Origin: Eledone cirrhosa
Lineage: Eukaryota
Assembly (NCBI GenBank): GCA_964016885.1
Contig: OZ024741.1
Location: 193,130,001 to 193,194,000 of the forward strand
Direction: 5' to 3'
Length of the DNA: 64,000 bases
The notes below the pieces were generated by a model that had not been told where the DNA came from, did not search any database, and was given only the letters and a program-made list of their open reading frames with translations. Of this stretch, positions 42,099 to 56,505 are shown in pieces; position 1 is the first letter of the stretch; each line of letters starts with the position of its first letter. The position numbers and the translations under genes were made by a program.

Positions 42099-42134
42099 TC
42101 ACACACACACACACATTCATGCGAAATTTTCTTT

Positions 42135-42192
<58 letters not shown>

Positions 42193-42269
42193 ACATGTTT
42201 AACATCACCTTAATTTCTGTTTTACATTTTGTACAAACACAAATTCCTTTTTTTATCTCTCCCACTCAC

Positions 42270-42309
42270 ACAATTTGAAAATGCATAAAATGCTGAAACC
42301 GGTAATTGT
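42270..42309 (+). ncRNA. Decayed minimal hammerhead motif
   Basis: ACAAT-TTGAAAA-T-GCAT-AAA-ATGC-T-GAAA-CCGG-T-A-ATTGT; stems intact, palindromic stem III, core CTGAAGA has two transitions. Confidence 0.55.
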
Positions 42310-42452
42310 TTATTAATAAATTAATTAATGTTATTGTTAATTAATTTTAAAAAAATTAATTAATGCTTTGACACTTCACAGAAAGCAAAATAATTTGTTT
42401 TAAACATTTTCTAACTCCGGAAAAAATATATTTTTCTTCCTAATAATCGTTT

Positions 42453-42899
<447 letters not shown>

Positions 42900-43560
42900 G
42901 TAGGCAACAGACACATGAAATAGCCGAACCGAACACTAATATGGGGACCTCCAGAAACTCCGGGAAACCCAAAAGTAGGAAATATTTATGGTTCAATCCA
43001 ATTATCAACTCCTCCATAAGGACCAACCTACCTTCTATATTCTTTAAATTAATCGATAAATACTTCCCTAAACCACATAAATACCATAGAATCTTTAACA
43101 GCAAAACTATCAAACTCTCTTACTCTACTGCAGCGAACATCGAATCACACATCCATAAAATCAACTATAAGAGAATCTCTAAAGACTGTAGTCTACCAAC
43201 ATACATCGTAACATCAAATACAAAACGCAAACACGTAACAGCATCACAACCACCCAAGCGCCAAGATATGTCACCAATAAACAAAACACCAATAAACCAA
43301 AATCCCAGCCTGTCCCAAACAACATACTGGACTGCAACAAGGAACCTGCACGCAGTAAGACCTCCCAATGTAACAGCCACCTACCGGATAAATGCTCACT
43401 GCAGAATAGATGCCTGGAGTCAAGTATAGTATACCTGTGCACTATTAAGTCTGGCAACCTAGCATGGCACTACATTGGTTCTACGGCTGGCGACTTCAAA
43501 AAAAGATGGTATGTGCATCGACACTCCATAAAAACCGAAAAAACTGACGCTGGCCATTAA
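42900..43560 (+). mobile_element. PLE (Nematis-like) thumb and GIY-YIG fragment
   Basis: LWFNPIIN..FFKLIDKYFPKPHKYHRIFNSKTIKLSYS; HYIGSTAGDFKKRWYVH near 43470-43520. Confidence 0.8.
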
Positions 43561-43604
43561 ATTCTGTTAGCTTAAGGACACTAATCTCAGGAATATGAGA
43601 TTAG

Positions 43605-43917
43605 CTGGTTGTTGTCAAACATGCGGTTCTGTCTATACTGACTAACTCTGTTCTCATACCGCCTAATCTTTGCACTTTTTGCTACAATGCGTTGCTTCAG
43701 TTCCTCTATGATAACATTTAGCTCTTTTCCCCTAGTTTAGTTTCGTATTTTATTTTCAATCTATCTTTAGTGTCTATGTTTTGTAATGTCCCATTCAGTA
43801 AAGACTCAAGCTTTCCAATGTCTCTTCTCATTTCCTTGAGTTGACCATTCAGTCGTTTCTTCCACCATGGTTCTGATCTTTCTTGTTTGTTGTTTCCTCT
43901 CGTTTTTATACCAAGTA

Positions 43918-43918
<1 letters not shown>
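43605..43918 (-). mobile_element. Dong family A internal fragment
   Basis: Reverse complement matches about 34455-34700 (EPWWKKRL region); abuts (ATT)n at 43918-43980. Confidence 0.85.
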
Positions 43919-43978
<60 letters not shown>

Positions 43979-43980
<2 letters not shown>

Positions 43981-46900
43981 GTGAGGGTCAAAGTGACCCA
44001 GGTCCCACCCTACGTGCCCATGCCTTGGCTGGCCGCGTCTGTCCTTGCTGGAATCGAGGACAGGACGAACATGCTGCAAGTAGAGAAAATAGGGAGAGAG
44101 AACTGGTCAGGTATAGGCATGCAAATGCTTATACGAACTGACCAGGAGTCTATCGATATCATAGACCTCGAGGAAGGACTGTAACTCCATATAAGAGTGG
44201 AAGGAAGACGGCCAAAATGTTATCTCTGTGGGTCAAAGGGTCACCTCAGAAGACAGCGAAGAAGAAGCCCCCCACCCTCCATCAAATGCTTGGTCCGCTG
44301 CTACCAAGAGCAGGACAGGCAACAAACGCAGAACACGCTTCCACAGTGAGTAGGAGAGCAACGTCCGTGGTACCCGTACCAAGGCCACGGACAACCAACA
44401 GCCGTGGAGCTCATACCCCTCCCAGACGCCACGGAATCCGACATGGAGTCTGAGGCGGGAGTGAAGTGGAAAACGGTCTGCCACAAAAAAGAAAAAAAGT
44501 AAAAAGCCCTTAGCTTCACCCTCCAAAAGCGAAGGCATGCAAAGAGGGGTAAAGGCTGCAAAGCGACTCGCAGCAACGCCACCACCATCACCACCAACGA
44601 CCACCACACCAGCAGCACCACCACAAATATCAACATCGCAAACACAATAAGACAAACATACCCAATAGCAGCAACAAGAAGACAGCAACAAAACCAACCC
44701 CCCAAAAAAACATTACACAAATAGCTGTTTAACATTTTTTAGAGAATTAATATGCAGGGGGAGGTAATTCAGGGTAGGGTAGGCGAAATAGAGGGGTAAT
44801 TCACTTATTTAAAAAAAAAGGAATAAGCAGGGCGTTCATTCTAGTTTTAATTTAGTCCGAAGTTTAGTTTAGTCCATTTAGAAGGAGTTGGAATTTGCTA
44901 ATGAAGTACATTTCTTTATTAGTGCGTTGGATGAAAGAAGCGTTGTCTATAAATTTGTAGATGGGGAAAATACTAAAGTGTGGTAGTTGATCAGGTGCAC
45001 AGTTGGCGATATGTTCACTAAAAGCATTCTTTCTGTATTCCTGTATGTTGATTTATGATCTATGGACGGTCATATGTTCTCAGAGGCTGTTTTTTGTCTG
45101 TCCTATGCAGTGCTCTCGATAACCTGAGCAGGTCAAAGCATAGATTAGGTTTTCAGATGCACATGTAAAGTTGTATTTAACTGATAAATGTTGTCCTTGT
45201 TTAAAGTGGAATGTTGAACCTTCTATTAGATTTATGCATATACCACAGTTGGGCCTTCGGCATTTCTTTCTACTGTAGGGCTCATTGTGAGTGTTGGCTG
45301 GATTTTGGCTTGTGTGAGGAAGTTTTTTATGGATTTAGGTTGTCTTTTGTTCTTTATGATGTTGTGTGTTTGGAGGATTTTATTCATTCTTGGGTCTCTT
45401 TTTAGTAAAGGTATGTTCTGGAAGATGGTGTCGAATGCCTCATTATTGAGGGGGTTGTGTGTGGAGATATATGGTAGAGTTTTCTGTTTCGGTTCATTCC
45501 TTGGTTTTGGGTGTCTAAGTTCCTGGATGTTGAGTTTTAGGGCACGTTGGAATCCATTGTTGAACATGGCAAATAAAGAACTCTTAGAACATATAAAGGA
45601 GCACACAGACATTATGGACAAAAATTACTACACCCCACCAACACCAAGAACTTTACCGAAAAATATAAACATTATTGAAATTAAAATTGAACATTATAAA
45701 CATTTAAAAGAAAAATTCCCCAACGCAGTTGGAGATTTCAGATGGTCAGTTACCAAAAGGATATACACGGACATCATCTTGGAGACACCCATGACCAGCC
45801 AAAGGGACGGTTAAACTGTCCCTTTCCCACACGATCAGGGTAGGTGATCCTTTCTCACTTACTCCATTCCTCACCAACATGGCCTTACTTAGAATAGGCA
45901 GCATAAATGTAAGTGGCCTGGGGTCATCTTGGAAGCAGAGGCACCTGCTTAACGATCTTAGGTCACTAAACATAGATGTGGTGGCCATCAGCGAGACCAG
46001 AGTTTCCGAAGCACGATAATTCGCACCGATCCTCGGCGGCTACGATGTATACGCATCTTCCAGCCGTCCGGGAGCGGGGGGGGGGGCTGTGCCTTTTCGG
46101 AGAGACTTGCATCTCGCAATACGGGTCATCTTCCTGGACCCAGAAGGTAAGTCGGTGGTACTGGACGTGACAGCCAGCGAAGGCAATGTTTTCAGGTTAG
46201 TAGCCGTCTACGCCCCAACAGGGACAGGACGGCCAGATTTCTTCAGACGTCGAGAGACCTTTCTTGGAACTTCCCGCTCTTTAGTGTTAGTGGGTGACTG
46301 GAACGGTATCTTAGATGCACGCTGGGATTATGTGGGGCTAGTAAATAAGGGAGTAGCATGTAAAAGCCTCACCAACCTGCTCAGATGTTTTCAACTGTCG
46401 ACTGGATTATCCGAATGTACCAATGTGGACATGGGCAAACCGCATCGGGTCATCGAGATAGTATCTAGATAGTGTAATGTGTAGGGAAACAGAGAAGGCT
46501 AGCGTAGGCTGTCCACAATTTAAAGTAATCGGCTACTCGGACCACTAAGTCGACTTAGATAGACTTCATACACAAAGACCTGGTTACTGGAAGCTGAACG
46601 CGTCTTTCCCAGCGCGCAATGCTTACAGAGACCGGATAAGCGAATTAGTTAAGCGTGCGTTGACGGGTGTTATCGTCAACAGCAGGTGGTGGTTTACCCT
46701 AAAAAGAGCAATTAGAGTAGAATCAATAAGGTTTAGCAAAGGAGTAAAGATAGAGGAAAATAGAGTAGGAGAGCTAGTTAGAAAGCTAGAAGAAGCGTTT
46801 AGAACAGGCATCGCACCCGACGTGCTTGCGGCAAGATTGGCACTCTACCAAATTCTTCAATGCAAAGCACAAAGGTTGCGTTGTCAGAGCTACAGCGCGT

Positions 46901-49500
46901 GCTCTGAGACAAGAGGGGACAAAAGCTGTCCATTGGGCCCGGGTGATGGAGGCGCGACGTGGCAACAAATCCACAATTCAATCCTTTCCTGACCAAAACG
47001 GGCACATGTTACTCGAACCCGAGCAGATGTGTGAGGCTTTTCAGCAGCACTTTGCTCAAATGTTTTGGAGCGGCGGTGGGCCAGATCGGAGTATGAACTT
47101 CTCTGCATACCTCGAGGGACTGCCGCAGCTCTCGACGACCGCAGTGCAGTATTGCGAAAAGCCGATAACATCAGGTGAATTACGGGAAGCGATGCCTGAC
47201 TGCCCGAGGAGTAAATCACCAGATTTGGATGGTCTGCCCTACGAGCTTTATGAGTACATGCCAGACTTGTTCGGCGACCTCTTGGCAGATGTCTACTGCA
47301 ACTGGTAGCAGAACCAGAGCATTCCCAGTTTTGTGAGCCGGGAAGCGGTAGCGCTGTTGAGAAAAGAACCGAACAAAGGGGACGTTATAGACAACTTCAG
47401 GCACATAACTCTGTTAAACACAGACTTCAAGATTTGGGCCAAAGTGTTAGCAATGAGATTGGCGCTTGTCGTCGGTAATCTGGTAGGAGAGGCGCAGACA
47501 TGCGCCATTCTAGACAGATCCATCCACGACAACCTCCATCTCATGCGATACATACTAGAGAGGGTGGTTAAGGAACCTGGCACGAGTGGGGCCCTGAACA
47601 ACTTAGATGAATCTAAGGTATTTGATAGGGTCGACCATCGATACCTGGCGGCAGTCCTCGTGGCGGCTGGTTTCTGGTCCATTTTCAGAGGTAGGATCGC
47701 TGCGATGCACAGCGACATCTGCTCAGTTGTGAAGGTGAACGGTCATCTGTCACAGCCGTTCAGCATGATGCGCTCGGTCCGTCAGGGCTGTCCCCTCTCG
47801 TCACTCTTCTACGTATTGAACCTAAAGCCGTTACTGCACACACTGGGGGGATGAGAGAGGTCCTACGCGAACTGGAATGTGGGAGATCCATATCGGCTTA
47901 CGCCGACAACGTCACCGTGGTGGTGTCAAGCGCCGGACATGTCCAGATGTTCGGCACCGCGCTCAAGAAATATGAAGCAGTGACAGGAGCAAAGTTAAAC
48001 CAGGAAAAGTCGGTGGGCTTGCACCTGGAGAGGCAAGTCCATGCCGCCCGAGAACATGGTGGGGTGCTGGACAGAAAGACCGGTTAAATTGCTCGGGGTC
48101 TGGTTCGGTCCGGACCTCCAGATGGAGAAAAACTGGAGCGAGGTGACGAGTAGGGTGACCTCTCTCACCCAGAAATGGGCCGAGAGGAAGCTGTCGCTGA
48201 AAGGTCGGGTAGAGGTGGCGAATGCGTTCATCGCATTCGTCATCTGCTACCACCTAACCGTTGTGCCTTGCCCCGGCCCAACTCTGAAAAAATGGAGCGC
48301 CTCCTCTTCCGCTTTTATGGAAGGGACGTGCTCCCATTGTCAGACGATTTATCTGCTGTCAACACCCGTTACGTGGAGGGCTGGGCATGCCGTGACTGAT
48401 GATGCGCAAACACGCGCTGAGGCTGCGACATCTCTGGTGCTTCCTTTACGGTGAACAGGTGTGTCACCGTTTGCCAGACGTGTTTTTCCCCAGCTCGTCT
48501 CATTAACGGAGCTACAGTCCTGGATCAGGAAAAGACCTAGGGATAGCGCTTAGAAGCTGGAAGTCTCCAAGCGCTCACAGCCTTCTACCAGATGGGCACT
48601 AGTATCGGTGGAACATCCACCTCGTCGTTCTATAGAGGGCTAGTGGAGGGGAAGAGTGACAACGTTCTCGGGGAGACCCTGGGCGTCGAAGACGATCAGC
48701 TGTTCGCTCTCTTCAAGAGACCTTTCAGCTCGGGACCTATTAAATCTTCCAGAAATCCCTGGCCTGGCAGTGCTACCGGGGAGACTTGCCGGTTCGAGAT
48801 AAGCTCTACAGGTGCAGAAGTGCCGTACGCCGAACCTGTCCGAGATGCTCACAGAGCGACGAAACCGTCCTGCACGCACTCGTTCAGTGTCATAGCATTG
48901 CTGACTTGTAGAGCTATGTCGAACATTTGCTGTCGCGTGTAGGACGGATCCGGTTATCGACTGAGTGCATTGTGCAGATAGCTCCGCCGTCCTCCTTTAA
49001 GGAAGAGGAAGGGCAGGCAGTTTTCATCTGCCTGGTGGCCATGGCGAAAGAGATTGTATGGTGGACAAGTTTGAACGTATTGAAGACGGACACTTTCCTC
49101 CTCGGTGAATACCTGATTAACTTTTTCAAATTTCACTTGAAGAGGAAAATGAGGGTGGAGAAGCAAGTGCTGTCTTCTAGTAAGTTTGTTGGAAGTTGGG
49201 TGAAAGTGGCGAGTCTGGTCAGAGTGAACGGACCAGCTCTGAGTATGCGCCTGTAGACTGAGGAGTGGAAAACTGAGAGAGGGTGCTTACCCTGGTGGTC
49301 AGGGTGGCCGTGGTCTTTTGTGTGGTTTTCGCCACGTATGACCCTCGGAATTTTTGTTGTTTGAATTGTTTTGATATTTCTATCTTCTTGTTATAACCTT
49401 TTTTACACGGCCAAAACCCACTTCGTATCGTCCTGTACCGTTCTGTGCCGTCTGTAATGTTTTTCTTCGTGTTAGTCCTTGTGGCCAATAAAGTAACCAT
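43979..49500 (+). mobile_element. Tx1-like element, 5'-truncated in ORF1, same subfamily as 2504-8137
   Basis: VRVKVTQVPP.., APE from ATG 45879, RT motifs VRQGCPLS and AYADNV, 3' end ccttgtggccaataaagtaacc(ATT)n. Confidence 0.92.
44736..45563 (-). mobile_element. Neptune-type PLE fragment nested in Tx1 ORF1
   Basis: NNGFQRALKLNIQELRHPKPRNE.. matches about 17350-18180. Confidence 0.88.
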
Positions 49501-49929
49501 TATTATTATTATTATAATTATTATTATTATTATTATTATTATTGTTGTTGTTGTTGTTGTTTTCATGTATGTTATTCACCGATGTATCCATAAGTACCAG
49601 TGCCTTGTGTTATACACACATCAGTATTCTGATGATTTGATCATGCAAACACTGTAATTAAGGTCGAGTGACGTAATTTCTAACGATCAGCGGCTTTTAG
49701 ACTCACCTGATTAATGGAACAATTGTCAATACTGTTTTAAAGTTACACACATATGTCTCTAACTTTAAAACAGTGACACACACACATGTCTCTAATTTAA
49801 AAACGCCGACAAAATCACGCGCGCGCACATACACACACTGTCCTATTACCACTAACCCTAACCCTTTCCTTCCTTTTACAGACACACACATTTATGCCAA
49901 CACACATACATATTGTGCGATGGGCGGGT

Positions 49930-50612
49930 GGACAGAAGTACCTCAAACTTATATACATGTGAATGGAGCTCTACTGAAGCAGTTAGAGAAGTTCAAGTAT
50001 CTTTGAGCCGTGTTAATGAGTGATGGAATGCAGGAGGCTGAATTAAGTACAAGAATTGCAAAAGCTGATGCAGTAATACGCCAGCCCCAGCATTCAGCAT
50101 TCAGCAATCAGAAGAAGGGGGTGGGTGTAAAAGCCAAACTCGCTGTCTTCCTGGTATTCCTGCCAACTCTTACCGAGGATCATGAATCTTAAGTAATGAC
50201 CAAAAGAATGAAATTGCAAATAAAAGCGGCAGAAATGGTATTCCTCCGAAGAGTCTTTGGAGTAACGTTACTCGATAAAATGCGTAGCTCAGAGACCAGA
50301 GAGTCACTCCTGGTAGAGCCGCTACTTCTCCGAATTGAGAGATCACAACTCCGATATTATGAGCATGTGGTTAGAATGTCTCAGTAAGTAATCGCTGGAC
50401 ACATTTTACAGGCAAAACCCAACCGGCAAGAGACCCAGAGGTAGACCTTGAGCAAGATAGTTGGATAACATTCATGAGCTTGGCTGGTCACGCTTTGGGA
50501 TCGAGCTGGATCAGTTAGAGATGTTTGCTTCTGACAGACTCACTGGAAGGAGTGTTTGAGAAGGACTCTACCCACACGACCCTCTCAGAAGTAAGTGGGC
50601 GAAGAAGAAGAT
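49930..50612 (+). mobile_element. RTE-clade LINE 3' fragment (Expander/Rex3-like)
   Basis: LEKFKYL, IKAAEMVFLRRVFGVTLLDKMRSS, EPLLLRIERSQLRY; short (GAA)n tail. Confidence 0.85.
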
Positions 50613-50719
50613 ATTGTTAATTTACTTTTCAATTTACATATATATATTTGCGTATCATATCAATATGCACACTACATATGTTAGCAGAAAACCGCCCGAG
50701 AGGGGTTGTTCTGCTAGTA

Positions 50720-52965
50720 TTATTAATTGTAACCCCCCAGTACAAAGATGCAGTCAACACCACGTGCTACAGATCACCATGCTACTAGAGCTTCTAGTAA
50801 CCAGGTCGAACAGTCCGTTGAAACAAATATGCCGGGAAGACATTTGACGCTACGTGTACCATCTGAGTCTGCTGTAACTGTTGTGGAAAAGGTTATTGAT
50901 AATAATAATCAAATGTATAAACAATTGAAATTTTCCCTCAACGAAATTTTCCAGAGAGAAATTAATTCATGTATAACTGAACGTAAATAACAACAATACT
51001 AAATAAAATAAAAACAAATAATGAAATCTTACGAGCTACTGACGAAATAGTGGATGAATTTTTACGACGAATTAAAACCCCAACACTTTGGCAAATCAAC
51101 GCCTGTTTATATGCCCTAGCAACGACCGTGAAGTTTTATCTTGGTGATAGCAGGGATATTAACAAGAACAAAACATCACCAAAAATACAATCATATATAA
51201 CTAAAATAGAAAAGGAGATTGCTGACTCACGAAAAATTATAGGATATATGACAATGCTCCTTACTTGTAAACAAAAAGAAAAAAAAATCACTCCTCACCA
51301 ACAAAGAGTGAAAAATAAAATAGAAACGATGTTTGGTGACAGTAGAACCAGAACTCTTCAATATAAGCTGATCACCCTCAAACAAGAATTGAGAGCTGTC
51401 AACGAGAAACATCGATACCTGAAGAAGGTAGATGAAAGAAAAGTGCTTAATAAAAGATTCAGGCGAAACCTAACATCAGTCAATAAAGATATGAAGAGCA
51501 AAATAATAAGTGTCACTGAAGCCCCATCCCAGAAAGACATAGATTGCTTTAGGAGAAAAATATGGGGTGAAAAGAAGAATTTCAATCAAGATGCAGTGTG
51601 GCTAAAAGAAATCCAAAAGAACTATTGCTCCTACACTACAACAGAAACATACGAAATAAATGAGGATACTCTTGAGACTGAGATAGGAAAACTCCAAGAT
51701 AATAAAACACGAGGAAGAGACATGATTGTCGGCTACTGGTACAAAAAACTGATATTCTATCGGAGGTATCTTACTGACCTCTACCAACAATCTCTCAAAG
51801 GAGAATCACATATATCAGAATGATTGACATTAACACAAACAATACTGGTCCCCAAGAACAAAGACTCCCACTTGGCAAAAGATTACCGACCCATTGCATA
51901 CCAGAACCTGATGTATAAGATGCATACAGCCTGCCTGAACCTATTTCTCCAATATCTCTGTGAAAATGATAACATCATCACAGATGAACAAGCAGCTGGA
52001 GGGAAAGGTGTTTGCAAGTCTGCTGAACTCATAATTAACAAATCTGCAATGTCGGAGGTGCGACAACTTAGGGAGAATATGGCTACAGTCTGGCTGGACT
52101 ACAGGAAGGCATTTGATTCTGTTCACCACTCTTGGTTGATAGAGGCCCTCTAACATGCTAAGTCCCAGACATTATTATCAGAGAATTGCGGTGGATTGGC
52201 AGTATCGGTAGATAGTCGAACACCATGCTTTGAAGCATAGAGTTATGTCCCTTTATGATCTGAGATCAAATCCCGCCGAGATTAACTTTGCCTTTCATCC
52301 TTACGGGGTCGATAAAATATAGTACCAATAATGTACTGGGTAATTGCTGACCTTGTGCCAAAAGTAAAAACAATTATTATCAGAGAATTGGCAGTATCGG
52401 TAGAGGGTTGGACACCATGCTTTCCCGCACAGTTACGTCCCTTTACGGTATGAGTGTAAATCCCGTCGAGGTTAACTTTGCCTTTCATCCTTACGGGGTC
52501 GATAAAATAAAGTAACAGTAATGTACCGGGTAATTGCTTGCCTTGTGCGAAAAGTAGAAACAATTATTATCAGAGCCATAGGGAAGCTGTCTATTTCTTG
52601 GGCTACTATCCTAAAGTTAAAAAGAGAGAAGGAGGACTCTATTATCACTATTGAAATAGAATATCACAGGGGTATATTTCAAGGAGACAGTCTCGCTATG
52701 TTATTATTTATCCTGTCATTAAACCCCTTGTCCTTTCTACTCAAGAAATGTGAAGGATACATCATTGGCTCACAGGAGGACAGAAATACGAACTTAACCC
52801 ATAATTTCTTTGTGGATGACCTGAAACTCTACACAAAGAACATAAATGGGAAGAAGAAAAGTCTTGACCTGGTTACAACGTTCGCACAGTATATAGGAAT
52901 GGAGTTTGGCCAAGATAAATGTTTGTATATGATTGTAAAGCGAGGAAAAACAACAACCCAATCTA
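50720..52965 (+). mobile_element. R4/Dong-like family E, decayed and 3'-truncated
   Basis: [40 protein letters not shown]. Confidence 0.85.
52184..52562 (+). mobile_element. Two tandem CORE-type SINEs inside family E
   Basis: ATTATTATCAGAG occurs three times: 52171-52183, about 52373-52385 and 52563-52575. Confidence 0.85.
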
Positions 52966-54009
52966 GCAATTTGTTCGTAGCTCAACTGGAAAAAATATTG
53001 CATGGTTCCTGTTTTAATACTGAAAGAACAGAAACCAGAATGACTAGTGGAATCTGTTACAAGGTGTTTCAATCTTTTGGATTAATTTCAAAAGTGGTTT
53101 CGATATTTACAAATTCATGCATTCCTACTACGAATACTCAATCCCTATTTATGTGATGCAAAATGAAGCTCCTTACATCGTGTAACTTGAGTTATTACTA
53201 TTATAGTTTATTAATAGTTTATTTCGGAGTAGTATGAGTCTAATGTAATAAAGGTGCATTGATCAGTGGTTAGAGAGTTCATTTCTCGATCGAAAGGTCG
53301 TGTATTTGATATCCGGATCACACAGCGCGTTTCACTTCAGGTTTCACTTCAGGTTGTTATTATTCAGTCTGTTGAAGAACTGAATACCAGAACAAGTTTG
53401 GGTTAATCTTGCGAATGACTGGCTTTCCGTTTAAAAAAGAGATCTTACATGAAAACTCGTTACATGAAAACTCGTTAGATGAAACTGAAATAAGCTCCAG
53501 CCTAATGAGCCTCTAAGCTAGTGAAATAGTTTAACGTAACTTTTATATAGATATTTTAAAATATCCACTTTTGGATTGAAAATTTCCTGTTTTTTAACAC
53601 TTAGCGATGTGAGCAGTTTTTACTCGGCTTTAAATTAAATCAAGAGCCACTTGTATGCAATGCTTGTATGCAAGAGCGATTATATGATATTGTAAACCAA
53701 CTAACAGTTACAACATCATTAGTCCCTCTCCGTTTTCCAAAGCAAAGCTAATTTTCTCATAAAGAGGCAAAGCGAGAATTTCATTAAATTAAAATCGTTA
53801 TAATTAAAGGCGTCTTTGATATTTCAGTATTTAAAACATTATAACAAGCTAGATAATTAATTGGCGATAACATTTTAAAATTATATTGCATACTGTGATC
53901 TCATGCATAAGCATTAGTTTCTTTTCTCAGAATGGATACAACTACACAAACTTATGTATTTGAAATTTGCTTTTGTTATCGAATAGTTTCCACAATCTTA
54001 CTCTACATA

Positions 54010-54630
54010 GTCACTCGACCTGTTAGAAATAGCAGCCAACACCCTCTCCCATATTTTCTCTCTTTTCCTCTGTCTTTCACTCCTCTAACTTTCTCTCTTA
54101 CCCCCCCCCCCCCCCCGCCTCCCTCTCTCTTAAAGCAAGAAGAAAACATGAAATAATCTAGTCATAGTTATACTACGTCTGAATAAAGGATATGAATAAA
54201 GGTCGCTTCTGAACGTCTTCAATCATAGGCATAACGTCAACAACTCCAAGGATTTCTCCTTACTATGCATCAAGAGTGTGAGGTCATTTAAAATAGTTGA
54301 CGCCTCTCGCTTGCAAGGTATTCGTGATATTGTTACATTATAAAATATAGAACGAAAGAAACACTGCTTTTTACACTTATACACATTCATGCACAGATAC
54401 ACATACGACTATAGTGTACACACACATATCGATGCAATAAGGTACATCTACTTTGTTGCTCGACCTTCTGGAAGTTGTAAGTAAATTACCCCCAAGTCAC
54501 CCCTTACCGTCTTAAATATGATATTGACACATTCGATGATGTAGTCATAAATATACAGTCTGAATAAAAGAAAGAATAGTTACAACTAAAATGTTTTTGA
54601 TGTATAACTTTTGGAATAAGGCTTGGGTTA
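54010..54630 (+). repeat. Two diverged copies of an unclassified interspersed repeat
   Basis: ctcgacct..gaa..gtctgaataaa at about 54015-54190 and 54460-54570; inverted relative near 40790-40850. Confidence 0.5.
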
Positions 54631-55028
54631 TAAAACAAATACACAAGTAAAGCACGCGATCACACACACGCACAAATATAGCACATCACACATTTTGGTG
54701 ATGCATTATGTTACTAGGCTGCTTGTAAGGCCGAGTGTTTAAAAGGTTCGTATGACAATCGAGAAGTTCCGGCTTCCCTTACATTGCCTAGTATCTTAGA
54801 CAACGTTTCGACTGAGGCCTTGTGCAAAAGTTTGTTAAAGCGACAAGCCTGTCAAGTAACTGAATCTGTATTCCAAAGAACCAATCTTTTCACACACTAT
54901 GGCACGCTAATTCCCTTTAGGGTTACGTTGAGGTTTCTAATTACTATGCCACTTACAGCCACAAATCTTATAATTCAATAAATAGGCTGTACAGTTGATT
55001 ACAAAATTGGAACAATCATCATCTAAAC

Positions 55029-55760
55029 CAGGGGTTCCCAACCTTTTTGTCGTTATCGCCCACTTTCCCACACACAAAAATTCCCATCGCCCACCTGTGT
55101 GCGAGTAATTTTAAGGACGCCAAAATAAAGTATTATTCAGAACGGTTGCTTAAAAAATGAAATATTTATTGAGATGAAATATTGCAAAATGGGCATTCGA
55201 AGTTGAAACGTTATTCAGAAGAATGAAGTTTTTGATTGCTAAATGTTTCTCAATGAAACAAAATTGAAAAATGATACATGTATTAAATGTTTAACAAACT
55301 CACCAAGTTTAGTTTTCAGTGTGATCCTTGAGGCTGATGTGACACAGCTAGTGCAGACACACTAGGGAAGAGCGAATCCGAGCCCTGTGATTACAGCATA
55401 CCGGCCATTATATGATCAATAAGGCGGTGGATTGGCAGTATCGGTAGAGGGTCGGACGCCATGCTTTCCAGCATAGTTACGTCCCTTTACGATCTGAGTT
55501 CAAATCCCGCCGAGGTTGACTTTGCCTTTCATCCTTACGGGGTCGATAAAATAAAGTACCAGTAATGCACTGGGTAATTGCTGGCCTTGTGTCTAAAGTA
55601 GAAACAATTATATGATCAATAACATATTTAATTACCGAAAATCCTTTGTCACTCACCAAAATTTTAGATCGCCCACCATTTCCTAAAAATTCGTTCATCG
55701 CCCACCCGATAGTTGAAATCGCCCACCGGTGGGCGATATCGCCCAGGTTGGAAAACCCTG
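55029..55760. mobile_element. hAT (Charlie/Buster-like) non-autonomous DNA transposon
   Basis: TIRs CAGGGGTTCCCAACCT and AGGTTGGAAAACCCTG; perfect 8-bp TSD ATCTAAAC (55021-55028, 55761-55768); ATCGCCCA subterminal repeats; minus-strand ..SHQPQGSH* transposase end near 55317-55345. Confidence 0.92.
55423..55606 (+). mobile_element. Full-length CORE-type SINE with a 16-bp TSD
   Basis: TSD ATTATATGATCAATAA at 55407-55422 and 55607-55622; A and B boxes present. Confidence 0.92.
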
Positions 55761-55799
55761 ATCTAAACCAACGAAGCATTTATTTATTTATTGAATCTA

Positions 55800-56150
55800 T
55801 TTATTATTATCATGTTTTTCCCCAGAAATATCTGCTTACTTTGGAACGTACACTCTTTCGTTTCTTGAAGAAGGGACAGGTGCTAATACACACGCCGTGA
55901 TGATCTCGGGATGCATAAACTTCTGCGATTATGATAGTGACGAAGGCGGCGAAAACGACGGTGAGGATGGCGGCGAATCGGAATTGGCGTGAGAGCCCTT
56001 TGTCAGATACCTTTTTTCCGCAGCTCTTTTCCTTAGCAGATCTGCAGTACTGGGTTAAACTCAGACTGATGAATGGCGTCCGTGATGTGTGCAGGACGTC
56101 GAAATATTTGTGCCGAACACAGCTGTTATTGGGTGTAAGACGCATCTGAA
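55800..56150 (+). mobile_element. Old Tx1 ORF2 fragment
   Basis: LTLERTLFRFLKKG and FFPQLFSLADLQYWVK resemble LTKMERLLFRFLWK and VYPQLVFLAELQSWVR of ORF 6748-7539. Confidence 0.6.
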
Positions 56151-56444
56151 GCTCAATCGAATCTATAGTGAAAATTGTCAGCGTGGGTGTTTTCGTGTAA
56201 AATAAAATTTAAAACAGAGACTAAGAAAATAAACATTTAAAGCAAAAATAACAAATTTCCCAAAGGTGAGGAGATTCTAAGGGTTACTCGTGTAGAAATC
56301 CCACGAGAGCAACGGTCACCGTGTCCGATAGGGCAAAGAGCCCTCTCCCAGTTTTTCTACTCCAAAATACAGGCACATGTACACACACACGCAAACGCAC
56401 ACGCACACGCACACGCACACACACACACACACACACAGACACAC

Positions 56445-56500
<56 letters not shown>

Positions 56501-56505
<5 letters not shown>

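Noticed and set aside
52970-53050. GTAGCTCAACTGG A-box as a tRNA gene
   Set aside because: No B box or cloverleaf downstream.
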